From Squalus acanthias (Eukaryota): a stretch of 64,000 bases of DNA. Each line of letters begins with the position of its first letter. Positions within the stretch are counted from its first letter, which is position 1. Under the pieces are notes generated by a model. The model saw only the letters and a program-made list of their open reading frames with translations. It was not told the origin of the DNA and searched no databases. Below, one piece after another: positions 21,815 to 34,172 of this stretch. The position numbers and the translations under genes are program-made. The DNA is taken from positions 16,556,001 to 16,620,000 of the forward strand of contig CM059433.1 of the NCBI GenBank assembly GCA_030390025.1. The letters run 5' to 3'.

Positions 21815-23047
21815 GCAAAGGGTGATGGAGGATGGATGTTTTTCAGACTGGGAGGTGGTTTGTAGTGGTGTTCCCCAAGGTTCAGTTTTGGGTCCATTAC
21901 CAATGTTCTCGTTAAGCTACGCTACTGCGCAGAAGTCTGGAGGTCCCGCGCAGGCCAGTCAGCGGCTTTGAAATGGAAAAACCGCCCATGCACGGAAATT
22001 TGAATGGGCCGCGCAGCCTGTTAAAGGGGCCGCGCGCCCCCCCCCAAAAAATTAGAGGGAACATTGTCCATTACTCTTTTCAATTTTTAATAAACAACCT
22101 AGACTCGGGTATAGGGAGCAGCATTATAAAATTTACAGATGATACAAAACTTGGCAAAGTAGTAGATAGTCATGAGGATAGTTATAGGCTTCAGGCTGAC
22201 ATAGACAGGATGGTGAAATGGGTAGAAGCATGGCAGATGGGGTTCAATGCGGAGAAGTGTTAAGTGATGCACTTTCGGAGGACTAATATGGAAAGACAGT
22301 ACACTATAAATGGCACAATTTTGAAAAGTGTAGATGAGCAGAGAGACCTCGGTGTCCATATATATTAAAGGTGGCAAGGTGGCAAAGTTGATAAGGTGGT
22401 TAAGAAAGCATATGGGTTACTTGGGTTTATATATAGAGGAATAGAATATAAAAGCAATGAGATCATGCTAGAACTTTAAAAATCACTGGTTAGGCCTCAG
22501 CTGGAGTAGTGTGGACAATTCTGGGCACCACACTTCAGGAAAGATGTAAAGGCCTTAGAAAGGAGTACAGAGGAGGTTTACCAGGATGTTACCAGGGATG
22601 AAGAACTTCAGTTATGAGGTGAGGTTGGAAAAGTTAGGACAGTTCTCCTTGGATCAGAGAAGGTTAAAAGGTGACCTAATAGAGGTTTTCAAGTTGATGA
22701 GAGGTTTTGATAGAGTAGATAGAGTTAAACTATTCCCTCTGGCGAGTGGGTCAATAACCTGAGGCCAAAGGTTCATTGGCAGAAGATCTAGAGGGGAGAC
22801 GAGGAGAAATGTTTTCACTCAGAGCGTTGGCGGGATCTGAACGCTCTACTAGAAAAGGTGGTGGAAGCTGATTCCATCAATAATTTTAAAAGGGAGTTGG
22901 ACAGGGTACTTGAGGATGAGGAATTTACAGGGTTACGGACAAAAAGCGGAGATGTGGGACTAAGCACGACTGCTCTTTCAAAGAGCCAGCACAGGCACGA
23001 TGGGCCGAATGGCCTCCTTCTGTGCTGTAAATTTCTATGATTCTATG
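21815..23047 (+). mobile_element. CR1 3' fragment, degenerate, interrupted by a hAT MITE
   Basis: SGVPQGSVLGP | INNLD..KFTDDTKLG..; ends in a TTCTATGA tail. Confidence 0.9.
21901..22066. mobile_element. hAT-superfamily MITE (166 bp)
   Basis: 8-bp TSD TCCATTAC (21893-21900, 22067-22074); TIR CAATGTTC / GAACATTG. Confidence 0.85.
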
Positions 23048-23318
23048 AACACACTGTAGCATCATAATTTGTATTTCCTTTATGAAACAGCTCAGAATAC
23101 CCAATGACTCCATTGGTAAGTGCACTATCTAGTACAAAAACAACTCAAACAGGCCAGGAATATCCCAGGTTTTATACCGTGGCTGTGCCACATTAGCTAA
23201 CCTGCAGCATTAGAATGAGCCCCATGCCTGTGTTAGAGAGGGAATAATCAATAAAGGTTCCCACTGTTGTTCACAAATCAGTGACTCTTGCAGGAAAGTG
23301 CAGATGGGCAGAGATCAT

Positions 23319-24376
23319 GGGGCACAAAATTGATATGAGTTGTGCCTGTTTTCGGGCATAAAACGGGCGCAAAACATACCAATTTAGTAGTGGGACGGCC
23401 TGTACCCGATCAGTGCAGACACCCTTTCGAAAATTCATCAGCAATGAACGGGGCAGGTGTTGGGCCTGCCCCACTTTGAATTCTTCAGTGGCCCCGGCGG
23501 CCAAAGTAAGTTGTTAAAAAAAAAATTGCAAAAGAAAAACCCTTTCTGGGGAGCCAGGGGGAGCAGAAGGGCCCCTCCCAGCTCCACTGCAGTCCCGAAG
23601 ACTGGTGCTGGACCCCGCTGGCCCCCTCACGATCGTCTGATCCTTCTCCTGATCACCTCCCCCCTCCTGATCACCTCCCCCTGCCGATCACCTCCCCCTC
23701 CCGATCACCTCCCCCTCCCGATCTCCTCCCCCCTCCCGATCACCTCCCCCTCCCGATCTCCTCCCACTCCTAATCACCTCCCCCCTCCCGAACACCTCCC
23801 CCCTCCCGATCTCCTCCCCCCTCCTGATCTCCTCCCCCCTCCTGATCTCCTCCCCCCTCCTGATCACCTCCCCTTTCCCGATCACCTCCCCCCTCCCGAT
23901 CACCTCCCCCTCCCGATCACCTTCCCCCTCCTGATCACCTCCCCGCTCCCGATCACCTCCCCCTCCCGATCACCTCCCCCCTCCCGATCACCTCCCCGCT
24001 CCTGATCTCCTCCCCCCTCCTGATCACCTCCCCCTCCCGATCACCTCCCCCCTCCTGATCTCCTCCCCCTCCTGATCACCTTCCCCCTCCTGATCTCCTC
24101 GCCCCTCCTGATCTCCTTCCCCCTCCCGATCGCCTCCCACTCCCATACCTCCCCGAGGGTTGCTGCTGGCATCACAGTGGCCCAAAAATGAGCTTCTGTT
24201 TTACTGGCGAACTGCCTGGGGTGGGGGGCGCAGTAGGCGTCTGCTGCCCACTGGTCTAATTTAAATGAGGTCTGAGGCCTGATTTCGATCGGGCCTTGGG
24301 CCTACCTGTCCTGGAGCAGGGATTGCTCCTCGTGCCTAGTTCATGTCGGCAGGCTGGTGCGATGCCATTTCAGGTC
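23319..24376. mobile_element. Degenerate Harbinger-type MITE carrying a minisatellite, apparently inside an LF-SINE-like element
   Basis: Begins GGGGCACAAAATT with a GC-rich MITE-like body; SINE-like sequence on both sides; right end uncertain. Confidence 0.45.
23635..24145. repeat. C-rich minisatellite, ~17-18-bp unit (CTCCCCCCTCCYGATCW)
   Basis: Directly visible tandem units anchored on GATC. Confidence 0.95.
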
Positions 24377-25206
24377 AGATGTGATGAGCTCTGTGGTAAA
24401 ATAGCCTGCTAACACTAACCGTCAGACACACAGGTGAGGAGTGGTCACTTAGACAAGTTATCGGAGGGCGATCAGCAATGTCGGAACAATATCCCAACAA
24501 AAGTCTGATTTCGGGGGGGGGAGGGGAGGGAGAAAAAAGAAAAAAGAACAGATCAGATGCAAATGGGTTAAAATGTCAATTGATAATATGAATGAGATTT
24601 AGTATGAGGGAGATGCAATTGTTGCTAAACAATCCCAATAAGAATTGTAGTTACATTACAACAGTGACTGCTCTTCAAACTAACTCATTGTACATTAAGG
24701 GCTTTGGGATGGTTCTGAGAGACAAGATGCGGCACGATATCAATGCAATTCTTTCTTCCTTCCTTTCTTATCCTGTGAAGCCGGGTGAGTGCGTCCAGCT
24801 GCAAGGAGGGAGCTGCCGAGTGGTGCTGAGTGCCTTTGCGCCCAGCAGCTGCTGGAAGCTGTCTTTATTTTCAAAACTGTTCTTTGTTAAATTTCTAAAT
24901 TGGCTAAAGGATGAGCGCTGTCACTGTGGAAAAGAACTAAGGAATTGGCGAGATAAGGATTGCCAGCAGCAGCAATATAATTTGCTGGGAATGTAGACAG
25001 AAGAATTGACAGCACAGTAAGGAACAGTAATAGTGCAGTGTAACCCAACGGGAGACTGTATACTGGGGAATGAGCTTGTTCCAGAGCCCGCGTTAATTAA
25101 ATTCTCTGACTGACAACTGGTTAGATGACGCGATATATAATTGTCAATATATTTTGGAGCTATTGAAAGACACTGGCATAAGGTTGATTGCATTATAATA
25201 GTAAAC

Positions 25207-25488
25207 AAGGGGTCGGCCATTTAGGACTGAGATGAGGAGAAATGTCTTCACTCAGAGGGTGGTGAAGCTTTGGAATTCTCTACCCCAGAGAGCTGTGGAG
25301 GCTCAGTCGTTGAGTATATTCAAGACAGAGATCGATAGATTTTTGGATATTAAGGGAATCGAGGGATATGGGGATAGTGCGGAAAGGTGGAGATGAGGTA
25401 GAAGATCAGCCATGATCTCATTGAATGGCGGAGCAGGCTCGAGGGGCCGAATGGCCTCCTCCGGCTCCTATTTCTTATGTTCTTATGT
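25207..25488 (+). mobile_element. CR1 3' end fragment
   Basis: FRTEMRRNVFTQRVVKLWNSLP followed by 3' UTR and a TTCTTATG tail. Confidence 0.88.
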
Positions 25489-26375
25489 TAGCATGAGCAG
25501 GGCCTCTCCTCCGAGCACTGCCTGCGGCAAATTTATAAGCCCGTTCTTTCTGAAGAAATATTTATGGATTTTGCTGCTCATCAGGTACTGACGAAACCCT
25601 CCCCCAAAGATTGGAAAATTATTGACAAACGTTTGTGTCGAAGATTCATCGGCAAGGTTCCCAGGTGCACGTATACACCAATACCCTGAGTTTCGGTGGG
25701 GTTATTCCAATCTCCCGCGGTAACTTCAGCAAAAGATCAGCGGACACCCCGCAGAAATGGCCATTTATGCCATTTTTCCAGGGATTCCGCTGATCTCCTG
25801 CCGGAGAACACCAGCGGAAATTCCAGTGATGAAGTTCCTGAAGTTATTGATAGTTTAAAATTTGTTTAAAAAAAAACATTGAAGGCACATACTGTCCTCA
25901 GTTCTTCAAAGAATACCATTTAAGAGGGGGAAATCAAACTCTTTTAGTGCCTGATTTAAAACTACAATACTTTCTTACATTCAGGAAGGACAATAATTAT
26001 TAATTGAGCTGTAAGTAAAACTTAACTCAATTTCAATATTTTAAAATCTTTACTAAAAATTATTGTTGACAATATTAGTGGACAAATACTCAGCATGTCT
26101 GTACGACATTCTCTTGCCTGGTATTTTAACGGAGCCATTAACTTGTTATTTTTAATGAGTTAACATCCCTGGGTTACCCTTTTATTTAAATGGGTTAACT
26201 CGAGGCACCCACTCTTTAAAATAGCAGACAGCAGAAGGGCACAATACACTGAACATTTTTCACCTAATATCCCCAAGTCATTTCTAGCCTTATCTCAACA
26301 ACATAAAGATGAACTTTGCATCAATTTAGGCATTCATTACATTCATGAGCACTCAAAATTAAAAATATGCATATT

Positions 26376-26822
26376 CATAGAGTCATACGGCACAGAAGGA
26401 GGCCATTCAGCCCATCGAGTCCGTGCCGGCTCTCTGTAGAGCAATCCATTCAGTCCCATTCCCCCGCTCTGTCCCCGTAGCCCTGCAAGTTTATTTCCCT
26501 CAAATGCCTATCCAGTCTCCCCTTGAAAATATTGAGTGTCTCCGCTTCGACCACTTCCGTCAGCAGCGAATTCCAGCTCCTCACCACTCGCTGCGTAAAA
26601 AAGTTTTCCTCACGTCCTTCCTGTATCTCTTGCCCAAAACCTTAAATCTGTGTCCCCTAGTCCTTGTACCATCAACTAGTGGGAACAGCCTTTCCCCGTC
26701 TAGCCTATCCAAACCCGTCATAATCTTGTACACCTCTATCAAATCACCCCGCAACCTCCTTTGCTCTAATGAAAACAATTCCAGCTTCTCCAACCTGTCC
26801 TTGTAGCTAAGATCCCCCATGC
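26376..26822 (-). mobile_element. CR1 3' end fragment
   Basis: Minus-strand LSYKDRLEKLELFSLEQRRLRGDLIEVYKI. Confidence 0.9.
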
Positions 26823-27507
26823 CTATTATTCGTGTCTCTTTTTAAACTGCAGTGTTTTTTTGTTTCCCTATGTAATGAAATCTAACGCTGGCTACAGTTG
26901 CCATGTTTGCAAGGTTGTGAAGCCAACAGGGAGGTGATGTTATATTGTATATATTAAACAGATGAGTGCAGAGATAATTTGGTGATGAATGGAGAATGTA
27001 ACAGGCTGAAAGGCAATTAACTAAGGACGGGACTGCTGCCAAAGACATAAAGTAGTTGCGAATGCGCAGTTCCAATGGTTTCTTGGTTAATAAAAGCCAG
27101 AGAGGACTGGGGAACAAGTAACACAGAATCAAACAAACATCGCTGGGGTCAAGAATGAATCAGATGAAATAGAAGCGAGCAGGTGATAACCCAATTATAA
27201 TAGGCAGCAATAAGAGACGGGAACAGAGCTTGTGAGGGAGGAGCAGTAAGAAAGATATTAAGAATAGGACACAATATCATGAGTCATATTTTCCTCCATT
27301 CGCTAACTATGAACAGTTGTGCATAACAGGTAGGAAGTGCCCAGGACTGTCTCTCCATGTTTAGTGCTGCTTTTGAAAATGTTACCTATCCCAACCTGAC
27401 AAAAAGTGCTTTCAATTTCAATTTCACTTGTTTTCGTCTTATTAAAAGGCAATCTTGAGAATTCCATACACAACTGCACAAGGCGGGAGATAAACAGGAA
27501 GAGATAT

Positions 27508-27647
27508 GGCCGGGAATTATCTCGGAGCTGCTCCTGCTCCTCCGCCATAACTTTGCCAGAAATGCAGCAGGAATGCCGTTTAAGTGCGTAAGGTTACGGT
27601 GAAGTTACGGTGGTGGAGCGGGTGCAGCTCCAAGGAAACTCCCGGCC
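27508..27647. mobile_element. Small fold-back MITE-like element
   Basis: GGCCGGGAATT..AACTCCCGGCC termini with ~45-bp imperfect inverted arms; weaker relatives near 25690-25826 and 60205-60320. Confidence 0.55.
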
Positions 27648-27914
27648 GGACTTTAACTTCGGACGAAGAAGATTTCCTCTTTGCACTACTTGTCATAAAA
27701 GTGCAAACAGGTTCTGTGCATTCTAGTGTATGATTTTCCTGCAAATAAGAAATTCCCCCTAGCAGGTTAGACCAGGAACGACGTGATCGGAAAGAGGAAT
27801 AAGGCACTGAAATGATGCTGTGGGATAACAGCACATGAATACCCGTTACTATATTATGAATGGGTTCACTTCTCTACTAAAACAACACCGAGAGGAATTT
27901 CAGACAAACACAAT

Positions 27915-28666
27915 GGGCCAGAAATTCGGCTCTCCGGCTTCCCGCGGGTGCAAGGATCACGCGCATACTTACCTAGCGCGCCTACCGTTGTGCTTCGGGC
28001 CCCCGTGGACTTCGGCTCCTGGGCCTCCTGCAGCTGCCGGCCTGCAGTGCTTGCGTATCCCAGGGGCGCAGTTAGTTCGAAGCGTCCCCTGGGATCACGT
28101 GGGCCATGGAGAGCCAATCGGAGCAGGGAATCTCCATTCATAGATTTTGACAGGAAGACCTGTCAAATCTATGAATAGAGATCGGCCCCAAAACCTCACT
28201 TAAACTTCAAATAAATTTTTTAAAAATCACATTTTTAAAATAACTATAAGTTACATAAATTAACTACTTTAAACAAAAATTTAAATTTTTGAAAAAATTA
28301 ATTACACTTTTTAACGGTGCTAAAAATAAACTTACCTTTCTTTAAAGTATGTAAAAAAGATAAACCTGTTGAAAAAATGTTTAAATAGTACTTAATTCAC
28401 CACTTACCTTGTTAAAAACAGGCCTTGCGCCTCCTTTTTTCCTGCGCAGCTTCTCCGTACTTACCCTCACGGAGAAACCTGAAAAAAAAAACGAAGTTCG
28501 CTGCGTGCGCGCTGCCTCTCCGGCGCACGCGTTCGACCTCTGAACCCCTTCCTTCAGGGGAACGGAAGTTCCGGTTTCCAGTGCATGCGCGAAACCGGCA
28601 CTTTCGTTGGGTCTACGGGTGAGTACACAGCGCGTACTCACCCGTGGTGACCCGAATTTCTGGCCC
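27915..28666. mobile_element. Harbinger-type MITE (family C)
   Basis: Perfect 15-bp TIR GGGCCAGAAATTCGG / CCGAATTTCTGGCCC; flanks AAT/ATT; homologous to 1-424. Confidence 0.82.
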
Positions 28667-29777
28667 ATTAAACATTTATACTCTAGTATCCCATGGCATC
28701 ATTTCAGGGTTGAAGATTTTTGATGCCCCTGCACCAAAGTGGATCTCAAGTGATCCCTCGGGCCATCAAATTTGTTGAATTACTAGCAGATTATTTCTGT
28801 TAACGTATACACTGTTTTCCTTAGGGCAGTGAACACACTTTTTTGGGGGGGAATTTAGGACACGGGGTTCGTGAGAGTATGTCACTGTTTGCAGGAGCCC
28901 GCCACGCAGAAAAATATAAAATTAATTGTCCATGGAACAGAACAGTTCAGCCATTTTGGCAAAACTATCAGTGCAATTTTCAACCGGATTACCAAGCGTT
29001 TTGATCTTTTTTTAAATTGTGTTTAAGGGATTCCTTCATTTCTTGAGAAGTGTTAAAGGACCATTGTTACAGGGGCACTACGGTTGGCTGCTTATTTTTG
29101 TCCCTGCTAACAGAAATCGCATTCCCTGACACTGAGCACCTCGCCTTTCCACCATTTTGTTACCAGGATGAGCAATAACAACCAAACAGCATTGATCATT
29201 TCCACCCCCACCCCCGCCGAAAATAAGGAAAATATGGCCCGCTGAGACAGTGAGAAGGAGATGCGTCAGTAAGCAGAGACAGTTACACATTATCAAATTG
29301 AGAGTGCCTTCAGGACTTGAAGAACTGCGTGCTTGTATTCTTGTGACAAGGCCAAAAAAATTAATAATTTGTCAGGCAGGCATTCCAACCATTTTTTTCC
29401 TATGAGGGAGGATTCTTTCCCCCCCACCCTCCCCTGGTTTTCACCAGACTATGAAATGAGAAGGTGTTTTTTAGTCTGTCTGACTGTTTTGTGAGTGCCC
29501 CGAGTACATCACAGTAGGCCTTATTAATTATTTTTAGGCCTTATTAATTATTTTTAAGCCTGACCATAACTGGTCGTGAAGGATAGAGATGAAGGAACTG
29601 CAATTTTTACAAAAAATATACCGCAAAAGTAATTAAAAGCTTATTTTTTCTATTTAAGGAACTCCAAAACTAATAAAATAATTTAGCAGCCCAGAATCTC
29701 TTTTTTTTTTCTTTGCTGTCTTCCCAGAGATACTGACTGCTCTGTAACCGTGCTGAAAATAATTGCTGCACTTTTCT

Positions 29778-30110
29778 CAGTGGCTCAGTTGGTAAATTCC
29801 CTGCCCAGTGTGAAATTAAGCCGTACAAAGAAAGTGTCACCCTGGCGTGTGCTAACTTATCTGATCTCGACTGGGGTGGCAGCAGAGGTGGGATGTAATT
29901 GGCCTCAGCATCCCTGATCTGGGGAGGGAAGAAAAAAAAAATCACCCGCTCCTGATCGCTAACCGGTTGCGACAGGATCAAGCTCTGCTGTGATGCCTTT
30001 CCCAGTCGAATAGCCTTCTGCATTCAGCTCCTGGGGGTCACATATGAAGAATGCCACTTGGGTAAAGCACCAGAGGATGGACCCGTGCCCCAGTGTGAGT
30101 GGGCACCTTT
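29778..30110 (+). mobile_element. LF-SINE-like element
   Basis: tRNA-like head TGGCTCAGTTGGTAA; AATTGGCCTCAG..GCTCCTGATC..ATGAAGAATGCCACTTGGG body repeated at ~18400, 37150, 45600, 48885 and 61200. Confidence 0.55.
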
Positions 30111-31020
30111 GTGGGGGGGGAGAGTAAACGTTGGAAGAAAGCAAGAATTGACTGCTATGATGAGAATAAATAAATTTAATGCATTTTTGAACTGAGAGAT
30201 CAGTTTATAGATCTTCCAATCGCCACAGAAACCTTTAACAGGACTACAACATTGGAACTTTAATGTTCTTTAACTGTGCTGAAACCTAAAGGTGCTGGCA
30301 GACATGTTCGTGTTTGGCTGCCACTTGTGAGGAGTTTTTTTCATTTGTTTCTTTATTTTGCCTGAAAAATTGTCCAAGGAGTCTTAGCTTAATTTAGGCT
30401 TACTGTCAGTCACCAGTGGATTACGATGTTTTAAGTTATCTGAATGCTTTAGTAAGACTGCGTCCTTGTGTCTTCAGAAAGGTCAGCGATTGTCTTGATA
30501 ACCAAGGCTACGGACCGGGAGAAGCCAGGTGCTGAAAGTTTGAAGTGGACTATACACGGTTAATCATACACCGAGTGAACAGAGCGTTTGATTTAACCAA
30601 TGGCGCTCTTATTTTGAATAGATCGATGCCTCGGTTGTACTGAAACCCAATGCCAAAAATCTAGGTTCAGTGTCTGGAAATGCTGAATGCTGATTTATGC
30701 AGCAGCCTTAGTTAACCACTGGATGTATTCATAGGAACATTAGAAACAGGAGGAGACCATTCAGGCACGCAGGCCTGCTCCGCTGTTCAATGAGGTCACG
30801 GCTGATCTGAACCTTTGCTCCATATTCAGTTGAACAATTCTAAATGGAATTTATTATGGGGTGCTTTATTGTTCTATATATTCACCAGCACACATATTGC
30901 ATATGTCCACATGGGTAAAAATAGAAGCTTATTAGAGAGTATGTAGAATTAGTTAGTTTGGTCTTGTCTATTGTCAGGCTATTCTTGGATACGTCTGAAT
31001 TGTTGCTGCCATGAAACTAG

Positions 31021-31902
31021 AGGGGAGAAATTCAGTATCACCCCATTTGGGGCGCAATTATCGGCCGGGCACAAAGATTAGCGCCTGGCGCTAATTATCG
31101 CCTCCGACTGCAAACTTGACTTTTATCGCCCCTGGAGGTGATTGGAGTGCTAAATCAGGCGCTTCACACCTGTCTTAAGGCGCAAAGGCCGAGGAGCAAG
31201 GCGCTACCTCAGAGCGCTGGCGAAGCTCATGTGATGTCAGTCAGCAATGGAACACACACACAATGGCGCCGGCCAGTTCTTAAAGGGGAGGGTTGATCTT
31301 GCTTTCCATCCACATCCTGCTCATTGCAGCCTTGAATCTCGGCCTGGAGAGACCTGTACATCAAATCTGCTGGAAAGAACAATGGAGGGTCCCAGGGAAA
31401 GAGCTCAGAGTGCAACCCCCACAGTCTCTTCTAAATCGATACAAGGAAGGGCAAATCAAAATGAACCTGCAAAGTGCTGCTCAGTACCCAAAACTCCTTC
31501 ACACAGCGTTGAATCTCTCCAGAAGTCTATCTCTCTCTCTCTCTCAGAATGCGTGGTTCAAAAATGTCACCAACAATAAAAGGCAGGAAGCGGTCGCCTT
31601 TAAATAGCGCTCCCCCAGTCCCTTCCTCACTGCAAAACGCTCCCCTCAACCTGTCGTTGCTAGCGGCAGGCGGTAAGGCAGGGGGCGCCACTCAATATCC
31701 ACTCCGGGGTGCTACCGGGGCGTTGCGCACTCGACTGACGGCGCAGGAGATCGTGGCGGTACTGTTTAGCGCCGCCGCAAAATGTCTAGTTAATTTCGCG
31801 AGCGGCGCAAACATCGCCGCGCACGGGCGCTAGTTGCTTTTCGCCCCATTAGCGCCCTCTTAAGGCACTAACGGGAGGCGCAACCAACTGAATTTTTCCC
31901 CC
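31021..31902 (-). mobile_element. Harbinger MITE (family A), an internal-deletion relative of 32514-36861
   Basis: TSD TAG (31018-31020, 31903-31905); several hundred bp at each end match the autonomous element; retains the Myb-gene start as MEGPRERA. Confidence 0.9.
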
Positions 31903-32025
31903 TAGGTCCTGTTGTCAATCTTTGTTACTTTGGTACCATTTCACCATCCACATTTCAAGCAGGTTATATTGCACATCTGAGGTCAGATTGCAGCCATCTG
32001 GTTTCAGATGTCATCAGGGCAATTT

Positions 32026-32313
32026 TGACCTCTTGTGCATCCCCGATTTTCATCATCCCACGTTTGGTGGCCGTGCTTTCAGCTGTCTCGGTCCAAAGCT
32101 CTGGAATTCCCTCCCTAAACGGCTCTCTGCCTCTCTCCCGCTCTCCCCTCCTTTAGGACGCTCCTCAAAACCTACCTCTTTGACCAAGCTCCTGTCCTAA
32201 TATCTCTTCAGGTGGCTCGGTGTCAAATTTTGTCTGATAACGCTCCTGTGACGCGCCTTGGGATGTTTTACTACCTTAAAGGTGCGATATAAATACAAGT
32301 TGTTGTTGTTGTT
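32026..32313 (+). mobile_element. L2 LINE 3' end
   Basis: FGGRAFSCLGPKLWNSLP, then ATATAAATACAAG(TTG)n tail. Confidence 0.85.
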
Positions 32314-33098
32314 GGGCAAGGCAGTGAGCACAGACCAGACATTCCTCTGCAGGAAGGGCGGATAAATCAGAGCGAACTTTAGCCATTGGTCTCCCTTGAA
32401 GCTTTGGTGCTTCTTCCTGAAGACTGAGCCTCACCACCCCGGTAGGGTGTGGGAGTCAGTGGACCGAATTAAGTTTGGATTTGGTTTTCTATATTATTTT
32501 TATAACTTTCTATGGGGTAAAAATTCAGTTGGTTGCGCCTCCCATTAGCGCCTTAAGAGGGCGCTAATGGGGCGCAAAGCCGCTAACGCCCGGGTGCAGC
32601 GATGTTTGCGCCACTCGGGAACTTAACTTGACATTGTGCGGCGGCGCTAAAACTTACCGCTGCGACCACCTGCGCGCGCAGATTGTGACGTCATTCCATG
32701 GTGCAACGCCCTTGTGGCGCCCCGGAGCGGAAATTGAGTGGCGCCCCCTGCCTTACCGCCTGGCGCTTCCAACGACCGGAAGACTGGAACGCTATCAATC
32801 GGTGTGGGGCTGGGGGGGGCGCTATTTAAAGGGGGCCTCTTCTTGTCTTTTTCTGTGGTCGACATTTTTGCACCACTCGTTCTGAGAGAGAGAGAGAGAT
32901 TCGGAGAGAGAGAAAGAGAGACTTCTGCATTGAGTCAATGCTTTGTGTGGTAGTTTTGCCTACTGATCCTAACTTCGCTGGTACTTTGGTTGCTGTCCTT
33001 CATTACTTTGCTTGCAAAGAGAATATGGGGGCTGCACTGATTGGGGGCGTCGTCCTGCTCCAGCTGAATCGGAGGATACAGAGACGCAGAGAGTGGCA

Positions 33099-34172
33099 AT
33101 GATGGCCAGACGGAGGAGGGCCATCAGGCGTATGTACAGGAGAGCTTACCCTCCCAGGGTATATCGTGAACAGCTCTCCTACATCCATATGTCCGAGGAG
33201 CTGTGTTTGCGAAGGCTGCGATTCAGCAAGGAGGTGGTCACTGAGCTCTGCCACCTGCTGCAGCCAGATCTGCAGCCTCAACTGAGGTCCAGGACGTCTC
33301 TGTCGGTGGCAGTGAAGGTCACAGTGGCTTTGAACTTTTACGCTACTGGCTCATTTCAAGCTGCTGCTGGGGACCTCGCCAATATCTCCCAGTTCGCGGT
33401 GCATTGCTGCATCCGGCAGGTCACAAATGCCCTCTTCAGAAGGAGACAAGAGTTCATCTCTTTCCCCATGACCCCAGACAAGCAGCGTGACCGCGCTCTG
33501 GGCTTTGCGAGGGTAGCGGGCTTCCCCATGGTGCAGGGCGCCATTGACTGCACGCATGTGGCTTTGCGTGCTCCGCATGAGAATGCCGAGGAATTCCGGA
33601 ACAGAAAGGGGTTCCATTCCTTGAATGTCCAGTTGGTCTGTGACCACAGACAGCTGATACTCGCTGTCAATGCCCAGTATCCTGGCAGCTGCCACGATGC
33701 TTTTATCCTGCGCCAGACTACTGTGGCAGAACTTTTCGAGGCACCGCATCAGCCAGTTGGTTGGCTTCTCGGGGACAAGGGGTATGCATTGAGCACCTGG
33801 CTGATGACACCGCTCCGTACGCCCAACACCCCTGCTCAGCTGCGGTACAATGAGAGCCATCAAGCTACCAGGAACATTATTGAGCGCACAATCGGCGTGC
33901 TCAAGCAACGGTTCCGCTGTCTGGACCATTCCGGAGGAGCCCTGAAGTACTCGCCTGAGCGAGTATCGAACTTCGTAGTCGTGTGCTGCATGTTGCATAA
34001 CATGGCAATCCTCAGGACCCAGCCAATGCCACCAGGCCTTGGAGCACCACCAGAGGAGGAGGAGGAAGAGGACGAGGACGATGATCATCAGCAGCACCAA
34101 GGCAGGAGGGCGGCCCACAATGGTCAAACTGCAAGGGCCGTCCGTCAACGGCTAATAGCAAGCCGCTTCTAG
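33099..34172 (+). CDS. Harbinger transposase (HARBI1-like DDE nuclease); the true start may be the ATG at 33025 across a 1-nt frameshift
   Basis: GAIDCTH, NRKGFHSLNVQLVCD, YPGSCHDAFIL, LLGDKGY, RNIIERTIGVLKQRFRCL, CCMLHN; catalytic D-D-E intact; acidic C-terminal tract. Confidence 0.95.
   Translation: MMARRRRAIRRMYRRAYPPRVYREQLSYIHMSEELCLRRLRFSKEVVTELCHLLQPDLQPQLRSRTSLSVAVKVTVALNFYATGSFQAAAGDLANISQFAVHCCIRQVTNALFRRRQEFISFPMTPDKQRDRALGFARVAGFPMVQGAIDCTHVALRAPHENAEEFRNRKGFHSLNVQLVCDHRQLILAVNAQYPGSCHDAFILRQTTVAELFEAPHQPVGWLLGDKGYALSTWLMTPLRTPNTPAQLRYNESHQATRNIIERTIGVLKQRFRCLDHSGGALKYSPERVSNFVVVCCMLHNMAILRTQPMPPGLGAPPEEEEEEDEDDDHQQHQGRRAAHNGQTARAVRQRLIASRF

Noticed and set aside
23457..24005. 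Proline-rich ORFs (also 41187-42159, 50068-50931, 53302-54205)
   Set aside because: Translations of minisatellites; open only because the units lack stop codons.
30478..30559. Possible host exon after TGTGTCTTCAG
   Set aside because: Weak donor, unrecognised peptide and no partner exons found.
33351..34148. 265-aa antisense ORF
   Set aside because: Shadow of the transposase reading frame.
33099..34172. Domesticated host HARBI1 gene
   Set aside because: It is flanked by TIRs and a TSD, paired with a Myb gene and accompanied by MITEs, so it is a transposon copy.
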